This document shows, piece after piece, positions 12,748 to 26,046 of a DNA stretch of 64,000 bases. A program made the translations under genes and the position numbers. The DNA is from Camelus dromedarius. Its lineage: Eukaryota. Positions within the stretch are counted from its first letter, which is position 1. Every line of letters starts with the position of its first letter. The stretch covers positions 24,740,001 to 24,804,000 of the forward strand of contig NC_087436.1 in NCBI RefSeq assembly GCF_036321535.1, read 5' to 3'. The notes under the pieces are model-generated. The model ran no database searches, had not been told where the DNA came from, and saw nothing but the letters and a program-made list of their open reading frames with translations.

Positions 12748-13062
12748 TTCTTTTTTTATTGAAGTACAGTTACAACGTGTCAATTTCCGGTGTTCAGCAC
12801 AATGTCCCAGTCATGCATATACATGTATATATTCATTTTCATATTCTTTTTCGTTACAGGTTATTATAAGATACAGAACATAGTTCCCTGTGCTATACAG
12901 AAGAAACTTTTTTTTTTAAATCTATTTTTATATGTAGTGGCTAACATTTGCGAATCTCAAACTTCCAAATTTATCCCTTCCCAACCCCTTTTCCCTATAA
13001 CCATAAGATTGTTTGCAAGTAGTCTGTGCGTCTGTTTCTGTTTTGTAGATGAGTTCATAGTG

Positions 13063-13120
<58 letters not shown>

Positions 13121-13198
13121 TTTCTTTCTTTCTTTCTTTCAAGATTCCACATATGAATGATATCATATGGTATTTTTCTTTCTCTTTCTGGCTTAACT
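12748..13198 (-). mobile_element. L1 3' fragment containing a (TTTC)n microsatellite (13069-13140)
   Basis: TTTTATTGAAGTACAGTTACAA...TAGTTCCCTGTGCTATACAG...AGATTCCACATATGAATGATATCATATGGTATTT. Confidence 0.9.
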
Positions 13199-13527
13199 GA
13201 CATTTCATATTTCCAGCTTCACAGAAGAGTCACAAAACACTCTTCAAGGATTCCTCGTCTTAATCTCAGGTAAGAGACGGCTATCTTTTTAGAAGACAGA
13301 ACAACACTATTCATTAGCTCTGGACTTTTAACAGTCACTTTCTGCTTTATTCCCTTCTGTAAGAGTGAACAAAGCAATGCTGCTTCAGGGTTAAGTGACA
13401 GAAATGAAATTAGCCCCAGGATTAGGAACTAACACTCTGGCTTGCCACTGAAAACAGACTGAATCCACTTCCATAGAGATATGGAAATGATCAAACCTGG
13501 TTTTTTTCCATTGGTCTTTCTACCATG

Positions 13528-13655
13528 TATCTATCTGTCTGTCTGTCTATCTAGCTATCTATTAATCATCTGTCTGTCTATCTATCAATCCTATTTATCA
13601 TCTATAACCTGTATCTATTATTATTATTATAATCTATTACATCTATCTATCTATT
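13528..13655. repeat. Degenerate (TATC/TGTC)n microsatellite
   Basis: Visible tetranucleotide periodicity. Confidence 0.8.
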
Positions 13656-15722
13656 TTCAGAGAGCCATGATTTTGGTTAAGCCTATGTTGGTTGCTAATC
13701 AAGCTATAAATATAGCACTAATATTGGACTTAGAAGATAGTGAAAAAAAAATCTAAACTTAAAAAAGAGATGCAGAGTGGCTGAACTGGCCCAGACAGCC
13801 TAGCAATAAAAACAAATCCATTCTCTTGATACTTTTTCCTGCACCACCCTGCATTGCATGTGGTATATCATTCCCTTTTGGCAAGTTTTTCTTTTTCTTT
13901 TTCTTTCTTTCTTTCTTTTTTTTTTTTTTTTTGAGTGGGTGCCAGAAGGAAGACACACAGGTGTCACGAGTGTTTGTGTGTGTTTTTTTTTTCTGCAGCC
14001 TCAAAAGGAAATTTCAGGCAGATTTTGTTAGGAAATAGTATTCACTGCTGAACTGCAAATTAGATTGCAAGAGGTTTGGGCATTCTTAGTAAATTATATA
14101 GCTAAAACCTGGAGCTCTACTAAACCCTTTGAATTTAATTTGACTGCTGGCAGCCATCAATGGTTAAAAGATTTTAGAAAACCTGAACGCTTATGCTTGA
14201 ATGTGCTGGTAGGGGATGTCGTAGAAAAGACAGGTGGCTCAGGGAGCCAAATAAAACACTGGCCTTTTATAGACTATTCAAAATCTAATACAATAAGAAT
14301 GAAGATACTGCATAATATTGCAAGTAGTGCTAATGTAATCAAGGCACACACAGCCTTATGAGGGACAAGTTCATTTTCCACCTTCTGAGTTATTACTAGT
14401 ACAATGTACCTCTCTACTCTGCAGTCTTCATTCTGGGAAAGCTTGTCTTTTCTTGTGTTGCTAGCCTGTGTCCTTTGCATGCTAATGCGGTATCCTGTTC
14501 TAACCCGAGGATAACAGATCAGCAAGTATCTCTGACTCCCTTTCTTGTGTAATGCATTTCCAGCCCAGCAACTGACGTTTGTCTTAAACAGTCCTAAGCA
14601 TTTTTCATATGAAATTCAATTAAACTATTTCCTAGTCTGAGTGTCTGCGCCATTTCTTACCTTTCAGCTGAATGAAGTTTTCCTTCCTGTGAAAATACTT
14701 AAAAGCAAGCAATTGAAGGAAGGGGGGAGAGAGAGGGAGAGGGGTGGGGGCGGGAGGGGGTGAACCATGCTGTTTGGCTCCATCAGCTAATTGTTTCAGC
14801 CTTTGTTTTTCTGTTCCCCTTGAAGATGAGCTGTATTTTAATTACTGCATGAAAGATTTGTCTTGATTAGAGGGCTAGGAGGTGCCAGTGCTTCTGAAAG
14901 AGATGAAACTGCATAAGAGGGAGAAGGAGGCAGGAAAAAGTGGATTGATTTTGGAAACTTTCTAGGCTTTGGCTGTCCTACCCTGCCCCCTTGTCACCAT
15001 GCACCTCACTTCTATTTAGGCTCCATTTCAGGTGCGAAAGGAGCTTTGAAATAATTGATGACACAGTGGTCTGAAATAGGACCGTCTTTGTTTGGGGTGA
15101 GGAATGTGTGGATGAGAACTTGGCTGGAGTGTGCCTCAAAAGAAATTGGGCAAAACATCTCCATCTACACGCTGTGAGAGAGAGCTTCCAGGCAGCATGG
15201 CCAGGGCTCTCTGAGCTCTACTTCCTGAGATCAAAAAAACTGGCATGGTTATCCAACCAACTCTGGACACTGGGTGGGTGATATGGATATAAAGATAAAT
15301 AAATCTAAACCCCTCTGCACTGGCATTGCTCATAGTCAGTAGGGGAGATAAAAATGGGTACCTTGCGGCATGGAAATTCTCTTAGAACAGGCAAAGCTTC
15401 TCCAGGAGCACAGAGGATGGTATTCCCTGATCGCCACTGGGGTGTGGGTTGGGTAAGGTTTCAACGGAGGATGTCATACTTGTGCAGTCTTTGAAGGATG
15501 AGTTGTGGGGGTGAGGGTCAGCCTATGTAAATAGGTTAAGGACTGAGGGTATTAAAAAATTTAGCAATTGGATGGTCACTGGTACCTTAGTGAGAGCAGT
15601 TGGAGGGAGCGGTGGGGGTGTGCAGCCGCCCTGCGTAGTGTAGGAGAGAAAGGGCAGCAAAGGAAATCCTTCGGATTTTTTGAAGAAGTTTACTTGCAGA
15701 AGAAAGGAACAAGATGGATTTT

Positions 15723-15948
15723 TTAATTTCTAAAATTTATTTTATTTTTATTTGCATTCTTTCTTATTGAAGTATAGTCAGTTTACAATGTTGTGTCAGT
15801 TTCTGGTACACAGCATAATGTTTCCGTCATACGTATACATATATATTCCTTTTCACATTCTTTTTCATTGTAGGTTACCACAAGATATTAAATATAGTTC
15901 CCTGTGCTATACAATATAAACTTGTTTATCTATTTTATATATAGTAGT
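15723..15948 (-). mobile_element. L1 3' fragment
   Basis: TTATTGAAGTATAGTCAGTTTACAATG...TAGTTCCCTGTGCTATACA. Degenerate TSD AAGAT(G/A)GATT(T/C)TT at 15711 and 15949. Confidence 0.85.
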
Positions 15949-18900
15949 AAGATAGATTCTTAATTAGGGTTTTTCATGTTAAGATTGCACATAAAGTCAA
16001 GCGAAAAGTTGATATCTAGATATCTCAGGCCCCAAGTATTGCTTAAATTAAAAACAGACTCGATGTAGTGTGCATTTTTCAAATAGCTAACAATTAATGA
16101 AATCGGAAGACCTTTGCTCAATTCCCAATTTCCTTTTGCCTCTGTAACACAGCTTTTAAAGGGGAATATTCCTCACAGGGAATGTGAAATTATCTTCTCT
16201 TTACCCTGGATGTTTTTTGAATTTTTTAAAAATAGCAAAGGACCTAGTTTAGTGTAAAAAGTGTATGTGATAGAAACGAGTTTGGCTTCACCTAATTGCC
16301 AGAGAAGCAGTAGATGTTTAACCTAAGGTAACATTTAGTTGCATAAAGAGTCTTTTTTTTCTCCGCTAATTCACCAACTGCATTTGATTAATTCATTTCT
16401 TAAATGATCATTTCCAACTTCTTTATAAAAGTTGATGTGAGACCCACATATTTTCAGCTTGTTTTCTTTTTATTATTAAACTGCATACCATCTTCTGTGC
16501 TCTCAATGAAATGATTTTCCAAACACTGGCTGTGTTAGGGGAACAAACAAAGCTCTCCGTTCTCTAATTTCCTCCCCCTCCCAACCCCCATGATTGAGAA
16601 AAACAATCAGAAGTTAATTTCTGGAACAAAGTAGGGGAGGAAGGGAGGAAGGGAGGAACGTTCGGGGACTTGGGCATCTGCATGCATGAGGGGGAATCAG
16701 TCCTTGGTCTGACACTGAGCTCAGGCTGATTCTGGGATAAGCATATGTGCTCACTGTGGAATTGAAGCTTTCGGTGTCCAGGACTGCTGCCAATGAGTTG
16801 AAATGAGGTGAAAGAGTAAGAACAGTGTTAAAAATAAAAATAAGAAAAGAACAGTGCCAGCTCTGGAAAAATTTGCGTCATAAAATAAGGCATCATATTT
16901 TTATCACAGAGGGCATACTTTTCCCTATTGTTATAGCTAGAATTTATTTTACTAATGTGAGTGATGATTACCTGGTGAGTATGTGGTCCGTAAATGGCAC
17001 CTTCATTCATATTTAGGTGGATGCTATCTTTTTCAACCCTACTTCTTGAAATTTTTATTTTTGGAAAATGCCAGGGATGTTTTGAGGTCCCGAAAGATCA
17101 ATAAATGTTGCAACTGAATTATGGGATGTGGAAATACTGTAATAAGTCTGATTGGATTGTTTCTAGGTAGAAAGTACTTTTATCGCTCTAAGAATGTGAC
17201 AAAATTTGGGGAAAAGTTACCCCCAAATCAGGAAATGAATTTCAGGAATCATTGTCTATTGTTTTAATGGTTTGGTTCTCCTACCTGGTGCCTTGTGGGA
17301 GATACTGAGGAAGTGACTAGGAGGCTTGCCTTGAAATAGTCACATCCACAGAAGAAAACCACTCGGAACTCTAGGAGAAGATATCCGATTGTTTAAAGAA
17401 AGTCTGAGTCAGGAAGCAAGTATACAGGCTAAGAAAGATTTACGTTGGTAATTTTTTTCCTGAATTTTAATTTTGATACAAATTAATCTTTGTATTTTTA
17501 TGAAGCTGATAAACTTCTTGAACTTAAATAGTGATCCCAGGCGATGGTTACTCCGATTTGCAACAAGGGTTTGCAATTTTCACAATAAAGGGAATATTTT
17601 ATTGTTGAAAATCAGCAAATCCTAAATCAGTTTCTCTCCAGGATGCCTAGTGTTTCCTTAGGTTGTGGCGAAAATAGAATATTTTCCTGGGAGGGGAACA
17701 CAAATTCTGTATCAGCTCGGTGAGGAAAGTCTTACCACTTCACGAAAGGAAAGACCAAAAAGTTCTTGATGAAAAGTCTGGAAGAGGCAATTGGAATCTC
17801 CTAGTAAAGGAACAGATTTTTAATCCGTTATCCAGTGCAAGAGAAGATATTTAAAGCTATGCCATGCATCTGATATTAGAATCTGCTTTCCGAGCCTGCC
17901 TTATTACTGGCTGTTACTCAGTAAAGCATAAAAGAGTTTTAGTCCAATTTATCTTACTTCTTATTTGTTGTGGGGGAAAAAAAACCATATGAACCACCAA
18001 TCTAAATTTATGGTTATTTCGAAAAAGACAGAGGCTGGGAAGTATCTTAAAAAGTTAATGAGGTTAACATCCTTGTTAGTCAGTTTATGATCCTCCCTCA
18101 AAGAAAAGCAGTTTTAGAGAAGTGATATTTCTCATAAAGTCTAAACAGGCCTGCCTTAACTTTCTTAATTTCAAATTTAAAATGAGATATGTGGACCTAT
18201 GGAGTGTCAGAGACATCTGTTAAATCCAGTCGTGGACATCGCGAGGGTTTATGTAAGTGTGTAAATATGTAGGAGTGTAGAATTTCTGTAGATTTTACTG
18301 ACCAAAGAAAGGTCACAGAAAGACACACTTTTCTTCCAAGTTTTAGCCTAATAATTTTAGGCTATTCAATTTTAGGTTAATTGCGTATTGCTTGAATAGA
18401 TTGATCTGGAACGTGAAATGGTAATTGCTATCAATTAACATGTATTTGGAAATTTTACTGATAGTTTGGTAGGGTAGGATGACCAAGAGAAATGAGTTCA
18501 TTGTTTATTCTGTGTACTCATGGTTCAGGTAGGGCAGAAATGGGGTCGTATATGAACTGAGTTCCATAAATGAAGTAAACTCTAGTAAACAAGTTATCAA
18601 ATAAGTAGAAAATTTTAGATGATGAATATTAAAGAATATTTAGGCTCCTTATTGGGCGAGAGCTGTATGTCCATGCTCCAATTCAGCCAAATCTTGATGA
18701 ATCAGAAACCAATTCTCCTGACTAGGAATTACCCAGGGCTCCCTCTGCTGCTGGTCATCTCGCTTCTTATTAGCATAATCCCCAAGCAGATGGAGGGGAG
18801 TTGGGAGATAAAACTCAAATCAGCTTTGTTCCTTGCTAACAACTCTGGCAAACTGTTGACACTTCTGGCGAAAATGAAGTTTGGGTATTCTCTGTGGATT

Positions 18901-19439
18901 TTTGTTATTTGTGCTGTCCTTGTCTCCACAGATAATCAACAGTTCACTGCATAATATATAGCAGAAGCCACCTGGCTGAGGCTTTTGAATGAGTAATCAG
19001 AGGTAATGCAAATTAACACCTTCCCCTTGGAAAAAAATAACTTTCGCATTCACCCAGTCCAGTAAATAGAGGAAGTCATCTAAATTCTAGGGTTTTAATG
19101 ATAAAGGAGTTAAAGCAAAAACAAGGCATTTCCCTCCTCCTGTAGAAAATATACATTCTTATTATCTTCTTTCTACCAAAAGGAGACAATTCAAGTTGGG
19201 TTGACCCTGCATTTGGATGAAATTAAATGAAAAAGAATATATGTAGAAATAACTCATGTTCATTTTCTTCTCCTTTCCCAACAGCTGTGGTAAAGGAGAA
19301 GAAATATTTCATTGTTTGAAATTTAAAAGTAGTAATTAAAAACTTTATTTTACTTTTCATAATAGCCCAGATTGCTTGTACAAACTTCAGAAACTACACC
19401 AAAATTTTAACAAATTGATGAAGATTTTGATTTTTAAAA

Positions 19440-19830
19440 TTTTGCTTACTTACGTGTTTCAGAGTGCCTTCCTCAAGTAGAATCATATTGTTCATATTGT
19501 CTCATAATTTTTTTCATTTAACATATTGTATCATAAAATATTTTCCCATAATACTACTTTTAAATGATACATAACATTTCATACTAATATTGTAGAATTT
19601 ATTTAGCCCCCTAATGCTGGACATTTGGTTGTTTCAGTTTTTTACTACTATAAGCAAATATAGGTTGAACATCCTTATAGCTAAATCTTTGCTTAAGTCC
19701 ATGATTTTTTTTTTTCCAGGACAAATTCCTAGATGAGAAATTTCTGGGTCCGAGAGCATATACACATTTTAAAGGCTTTTGAAAGGTTTTGCCAAATTGT
19801 CCTCTAGAAAGGTGAAGCTATTGATATTTA
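19440..19830 (-). mobile_element. Old L1M (L1ME-like) fragment
   Basis: TGGACATTTGGTTGTTTCAGTTTTTTACTACTATAA...TTCCTAGATGAGAAATTTCTGGGTC...TTGCCAAATTGTCCTCTAGAAAGG. Confidence 0.7.
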
Positions 19831-22800
19831 TGCTTGGTGATAATTTAAGACAGACCAATGTCAGGGGGCACAGTTTCTAGAATATCGAAATGGCCTGTTG
19901 TTTGAACTCAGCAAGTAAAACATAAGCCTATCTGTGTGTGGACGTAACTCTGTGGTACTGAGTGAGTGATGCTAGCCTCTTCCCTTGCCTAGAATTTTGA
20001 GACCTCGAGAATATGCCTCGTTTTCTCTGGGACTCGGTGGGACCTGTTTGATCCGCAGGAGGGCTGGGTGTTCCCTTTTAAAATGAGTTACTCTAAGTCT
20101 GCATCCTGTTCTCTGCCTCCTCATTTCCCCTATGTGGGAGTTTCCATTTCCTTGAAATTAGGGGATCATAGTGTGTGGTACACAAGACCATGCCCCAACA
20201 CTGACCACGGAGTTCCCAAGGTCTGTTACAGCTGCGGATGTGGGAGCCCTGCTGCCAGGCTTACCTCCCTCAGGGGATGTATGTCACCTTAGATGTACGT
20301 CACGTGGGGGAAGGACGGGTGTCAGAGGTGCAGGTATGGGTTTAACGACCACAAAAGCCTGCTCTCAAGGTTCAGAAATCCCCCAACCTTTGGTGCTCAG
20401 AGGTGGGAGCCCTTTGAGCAGAGAAAAATGTCCCCTCCATAGAGGGGAGCCAAAAGGTACAGGAAAATCTTTATTGAAAAGAAAAATTTAAAACATACAC
20501 TACTTTCTGGATATATAAAAGCATTGTGGTTTAATCAATACTATTAATAGATACCAGAAACTTCATCTCATATTCACAGAGACACCAGCTGAAAAGTCTT
20601 GTTTAGAGATCTGTTTCCTTGTGTCTCCACAACCCCCACTAACTGTAATTGCCCTCAGATGTGCATTCCAAGGATAAAACACACCACCATCAAAGCCACA
20701 AGATTATCAAACTGCTATTTTAGGGTGCTTTGTTCTTAGGGTTTCTCTACACCCTATTTCTCCAACAGAAAAAGTGTATATACTTCCTTCAGTTTCCAAC
20801 TGGGTTTGTATTCAATACTTGTTTTAGGCTGTAGGTTAAAAGTATTTAGAGAGCTGTGTTTTGGACCAAAAAATCTGAAAAATTCCTCTTCTAGACTTCA
20901 TACAATATGTACAAAAACAGAGAGAGTAATTTGCTAATTTAATCTGTAAGATGCATATACATTCTGATACACACCTTCTTCCCCTTTTTCCTTCCAAATT
21001 TAATAACTTATTATTTAAAAAAAAAAACCTTTTATCAAAGGTAAAATAAAGACTGTTTTCTATGTGACTCTATAGCTACATTGACCAATGTCTTGGATTT
21101 TTCAGTTTTAATTTCAAAACTCCTTTTCTCTTGGCCTCTGTGGTATTGAATATAAAAATACTTTCCAGACTATAAATAACTTTTTTTGTTTGTTTGTTTC
21201 AGAAAATGCAATCAGCATATTGATGGTTAAAATACTGCCCATATTCCTTTTTCACAAGTCTTCTGTCTTCACCCCGAGAGTATACTCACTACTACCCGTC
21301 TCTCTGGAACAGATAGACGTGGGCAAACACACAAAAAGAACAATGTTTCACAGGGGCGAGCACTTTAATATAGAACTTATTGTCCAGTTTCAAGTTTTGT
21401 TTTTCAGTGGTACCTTGTAAACCCAGATGAAGGATCAGAAGAAAAGACAACACAGGTGTGCCCTGAATGGCAGACGCCATCAATAACGGGGTGAGTTGCT
21501 TTTCTGCTTGTGTCTGTTGGCCTCTGGACACAGTGGAAAGTCATGTGTGAAGGATGCTCTCAGCCCCTTGGCCGCCCGTGGGAATCATTGTAAAGCAGTC
21601 TGCCAGAAGGAATGTGTGAGCAAATGACAAACGGTACCTGACTCCAGGGGAAAATAGACTTTGGGAAGCTTTTAATGCCAAGTTTTATAATGTTTAGGAT
21701 GAAATACTGCATCAGATTTCTCATGAGGATGGAAACGACCTCGGATCAGTTTAACAAAAGCACTTTCCAGCAGAAGAGACCATGCTTGAATAGAAAAAGA
21801 AAATATCCAAGTACTTAAAGTTTAGAGAGGGCTTCCTTGTCTTCCTGTTCCTGGTTCCACACTCTCTCATCCTGACTTCTGTTCTATAACTCCCAGCCAT
21901 CTTCATCTTTAAAAAAAAATCCCTCTATATGGATTTTCTAAGTTGGTCCTCTGCCTCATTGAACTCAAAAGTTCCCTAATGATTTTCATGCCATATATCC
22001 CATTTTGGGGGGTTCAGAAAACATGGGCACCATATTTATATCTAATCAATCATCAGTTTCTTCCTGTCCTTTGTCTTTCTTCATCTCCATCTTCCCCTTT
22101 TTGTTCTCATTGTCACCATCTCAGTCCAGATCTTCATTTCCTGCCTGGATTAATGCTATTCTTTTCTTACTATGTTCATCTAATTGATGAGAATAGAAAA
22201 GGCGGGATGGATGCAAAAGATATTTTCAAAGTAAAATTCACGTGACCTGGAATTTGGTGTGGAGATGAAGGCATCAATGATAATTCTTAAAGAATTCCAG
22301 CCTCACTTCGGTGACCATCTTTCAGAAAAGAAGGTAAAGAATTCTGCTTTTGATAACTCAAAGCACTACACTACCATTTTAACCACTTAATTTAATTTCT
22401 TAATTTAATCCAAGACTCTGATTCTAAGGATCTCCCCAGATTTGTGCCTCCTTTGACATCTGTCCACAATGACCTCCTATGGTTGTCTATTTATTTTGAC
22501 ACAAAAGCATATATAAAATGAAAAGGTAGAAGTAGTTGTATTTAAAGTAACTTCCAGTCCTAAGTACTATGAATTTCTGGATTGCATTGTTAGGAAATAA
22601 GTGATTTCACATCTATCTACCTACCTACTTACCTACCTATATCTTTTCTCTACTTCCTAGTTACATCACTGTCTATTTCAGAGTTGAGATCTTTTCTTGT
22701 CTTTTGCTTTCTTCTTATGTCTCATGAATCTGATATGATAAAGGGAACAGAGTAATAATTGATAAATACTGATCAGGCTTCAGTAATGAGGAAGGGGATA

Positions 22801-23189
22801 CACTAAGTATTCACAGTCTATTTTATTTGTTATCTCAGTAAATGAGTTGACTTGATGTTACTTTTCCCTGCTTGGGATTTTCTATTGATGTGTGGAGAAG
22901 AGCCTATTTGATGTATTCGGCAAAAAACACGAGCGGGTAGAGAAGGGAGAAAAATAATGTCTTCAGGCCTTTTGAGGGTATTCCAGAACCTGCCTTCCCT
23001 TGGTTGTTGACGTGGTTGGGCTGATGACCCCGAAATTAGAGCAGTTTAGGTTTCCTTGGCGTCCATCAACTTTCAAACGAAGAGAATGTTTTCACAACAG
23101 CTTAGTCTGAAGAAAACATGCATGAGAAGCCAGTTTATTTTAATGTCTAAACTATACTGAGCTGCACTTTTAGAAAAGTGAATCAAATT

Positions 23190-23318
23190 TTATCAGTTTA
23201 CTTTTACTGTTTTGAAAATAATACAGGCTCATTACAAAAAATTTAGAAACAAAATGGGACTGAAAAATTTCACCTATAATCCAGTTACCCCAAAGTAAAC
23301 CACCAGTCCCCTTGAAAA

Positions 23319-23375
<57 letters not shown>

Positions 23376-24050
23376 ATCATACTTTTAGAATGATATTGGT
23401 ACCTGTTTTTTCTTAGGTAACTTTTTAGGGCTTCGTAATACTATGTTCAATTGCCACAAGTCATCTCTGCAAAATCCTTGTTGGACATTTAGGTGATACT
23501 TAATTTTTTATTATAGTAGATAATGCTATAATGAGAGTTCTTAAGCTTTTCCAGTAATTAGGATTAATTTCTTAGGATAGATAATGCAAAGTGAATATTT
23601 TTTAATGTCATACTAAATTTTGCCAAATTGGTTTTAAAAAGTTCTTCCATCAGTATGTATGTCTTTTTCTTCTCATGCTTATCAGTGCAGAATCTTCCTA
23701 GTTAAAAAAAAATTCCTGGTTTTATAGGCAAAAATTATGTTGTATTTAGTTTTCCTTGATTTCTAGTGATACAATTTCCAGTTCTCATCAATATTCTCTT
23801 GTTGAGTGCCCTCTTTTATGGATTATTTGCATATATCTTTTGGCTGCTTATTTATCACAACCTCAGTGGTTTTTATTTTTTATTTTTTACAGAATTGATT
23901 TGGTAGACTCTTCATTTGTTGAACATTAATCTTTGTTATGTATATTTTGAATTCTCGCCTGTTGTTTCCCTTTTCACTTGGCTTATTTTTTCTTAACCTG
24001 CAACACTGTTAGCATTTATATAGTAAACTCATAATTCCCCAACTTTCTTG
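23190..24050 (-). mobile_element. Old L1M (L1ME-like) fragment containing (AT)26
   Basis: TTGGACATTTAGGTGATACTTAATTTTTT...TTGCCAAATTG motifs. Confidence 0.6.
23321..23372. repeat. Perfect (AT)26 microsatellite
   Basis: 52 bp of uninterrupted AT. Confidence 0.97.
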
Positions 24051-24072
24051 GTAATTAATACAAAATTCTAGA

Positions 24073-24201
24073 GGTTGGGGTATAGCTCAGTGGTAGAGTG
24101 CATGCTTAGCATGCACAAGATCCTGGGTTCAATCCCCAGTACCTCCATTAAAAAAAAGAAGTAAAATTAAAAATAAATAAAATAAAAATAAAATTTATTT
24201 A
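24073..24201 (+). mobile_element. tRNA-Ala(AGC)-derived camelid SINE (Vic-1 like)
   Basis: GGGGTATAGCTCAGTGGTAGAGTGCATGCTTAGCATGCACAAGATCCTGGGTTCAATCCCCAGTACCTCCA plus A-rich tail. TSD AAAATT(C/T)TAGA at 24062-24072 and 24202-24212. Confidence 0.9.
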
Positions 24202-24456
24202 AAAATTTTAGATTCAGCTTAGAAATTTACCTTCTCTCCCAAAACATTGCCCCCACCCCTCAACCAAAGATTTAAAAGAGTGTAATTAGCATTTTTTATA
24301 GGAAACAAAAATCTTGGGAAATAAAAAAATTTATTCATATTTGGTTATCTCATCACAGTGAAATCATTCAGAAAAAAGATTTGTGATTTAACTTTTCATT
24401 TCCCCCACGGTAGCAGGGTTTCATAATGTTTTATATACAGGAGTCATGCCTTGGAG

Positions 24457-24644
24457 CAATGTTTCTTAACTTGGGGTGAGGGACATCTGTCAATGTCTGG
24501 GGACATTTTTGATTGCCATGCCATGGGGGTGGGGCATGCCACGGTCATCTAGTAGGTAGAGTCCTGAGATGCTGCTAAACATCTCACAGTGCACACAACA
24601 AATAATTATCCCACTCAAAATGTCAATAATGTGGAGAGATCCTG
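24457..24644 (+). mobile_element. MER20-like hAT MITE
   Basis: GGGACATCTGTCAATGTCTGGGGACATTTTTGATTG...GATGCTGCTAAACATC...CAAAATGTCAATA. Degenerate 8-bp TSD CCTTGGAG/CCATAGAG. Confidence 0.85.
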
Positions 24645-25879
24645 CCATAGAGTTACTGCTATTCAGGATGATTGTTTATGCTGTATCAGTGGGAGAGAAA
24701 TTTAATGTCAAATAATTTAAAATCCACTGTTTCTCTTTTCTCCTTGTCACTCTTTTTTCTTTATAGAGAGTCTATTACTTTTCACTCCACTTTCCTCAAG
24801 TATTTTAATGTCTTCCTTTTGCTCCCCTTCAGGAAATTGGCCGGCTTAGGGAAGTGTGTGCATGTGTTGGGGCTAGGTTGGTTTAATCCTCCTTCCTGTG
24901 TTAATTTTCCTGCAATGGGGATCTGATTGTGGACAAACTTCAGATCATGTGTGATCTCTACTCTCTTTTCATTTTTCATCCCTTTCTTGTTTGGAGTGGA
25001 GAACCTGGAAGTCACGAAATTAAAAGCTGTGGACATGATGTGTTTGCATACAACTTAGAGACATGTCACTGCATTTGGGCTGGGCTTGTTCTTCCAGGCT
25101 GCCCCCAAGTCAGCTTGAATGAAGGGAAAGGGGTGAGAAAGCTCTGTCTCATCCACGTTCCTTGGCAGAGAACCCACAGTCAAGTTTGGGAGAGTCAGTG
25201 CCAACCCAACAATCCAGACGTAGGAATAGAAGAGGAAACAGTCAATAGAAATGAGGAGTTATGTAGAAGCAGAATGGTAGTACAGGGGGTGCCACAAACT
25301 GCTTTGGGACATCAGGGCTAGTTCTTCAGTCAGAAAACAGGGCCACAGCCTTTATTTAAGTGTGTTCCCACTACACAGGATGTTCATTCATTTTATGTAA
25401 AAACCAACCATCTTAGCCACCAAACAAGCAAACACACAAAACAAGTTCTTTTTGCAATTGAAATTTGAGAGCAATTTAAATAGGTTTAGACACATTTAAA
25501 TAAAATTAAACTAGGTCCTTTGTCGTAGGACTTCCAGAGGATTCGATAGAACAACTTGCCCTGGGAATCTGGAAGAGGGGCTGATGGACTCCTGCTTTCT
25601 ACACTTATTCTCCCCTTGAGTACCCTTGGGTTTCGTCTTGCAGAGCTGGTGCCGTATGAGTGGTTTTCATCTGTGGCTGCTGATTTGAATAACGTTGGCT
25701 GTGTGAGTGGGACTTAAAGCCCCTGGGCTTTCCACCCTCCAGCTTCTGACTGAATTGGTCTGGGTAGGGGCATCAGCTTGTGTAAGAAGCTCTCTAGGTG
25801 ACTCCATAGGCAGCTGGGCATGAGAACCCATACACGCATGGAACACACTTTGGGAAGAACCACCTGAGATAATGAAGGA

Positions 25880-26046
25880 CAGTGTTTCCAAACTTGTCAG
25901 TTCAGAAGGATCATCCGAGGGCACGTTCATTATTTATTCCCAGGTTCATTCTTGGAGATACTGATTCAGTCAGTGGGGTAGGCTCCAGGAATATGTATGT
26001 TCAGCAAGCCCTTTGGGTGATACTTATGCTGAGGAACAGGATACTG
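25880..26046. mobile_element. MER5-family hAT fossil
   Basis: CAGTGTTTCCAAACTT...GATACTGATTCAGT...CCAGGAATATGTATGTT...GGTGATACTTATG. Confidence 0.6.

Noticed and set aside
12790..13208. Overlapping ORFs with KKER or FFLS repeats
   Set aside because: Products of the (TTTC)n microsatellite inside an L1 3'UTR.
24077..24147. Apparent tRNA-Ala(AGC) gene, and similar copies at 33.2, 33.45 and 45.9 kb
   Set aside because: It has an A-rich tail and TSDs. CpG-decay changes disrupt the anticodon stem (CATGC/GCACA), and the copies are dispersed. These are SINEs, not tRNA genes.
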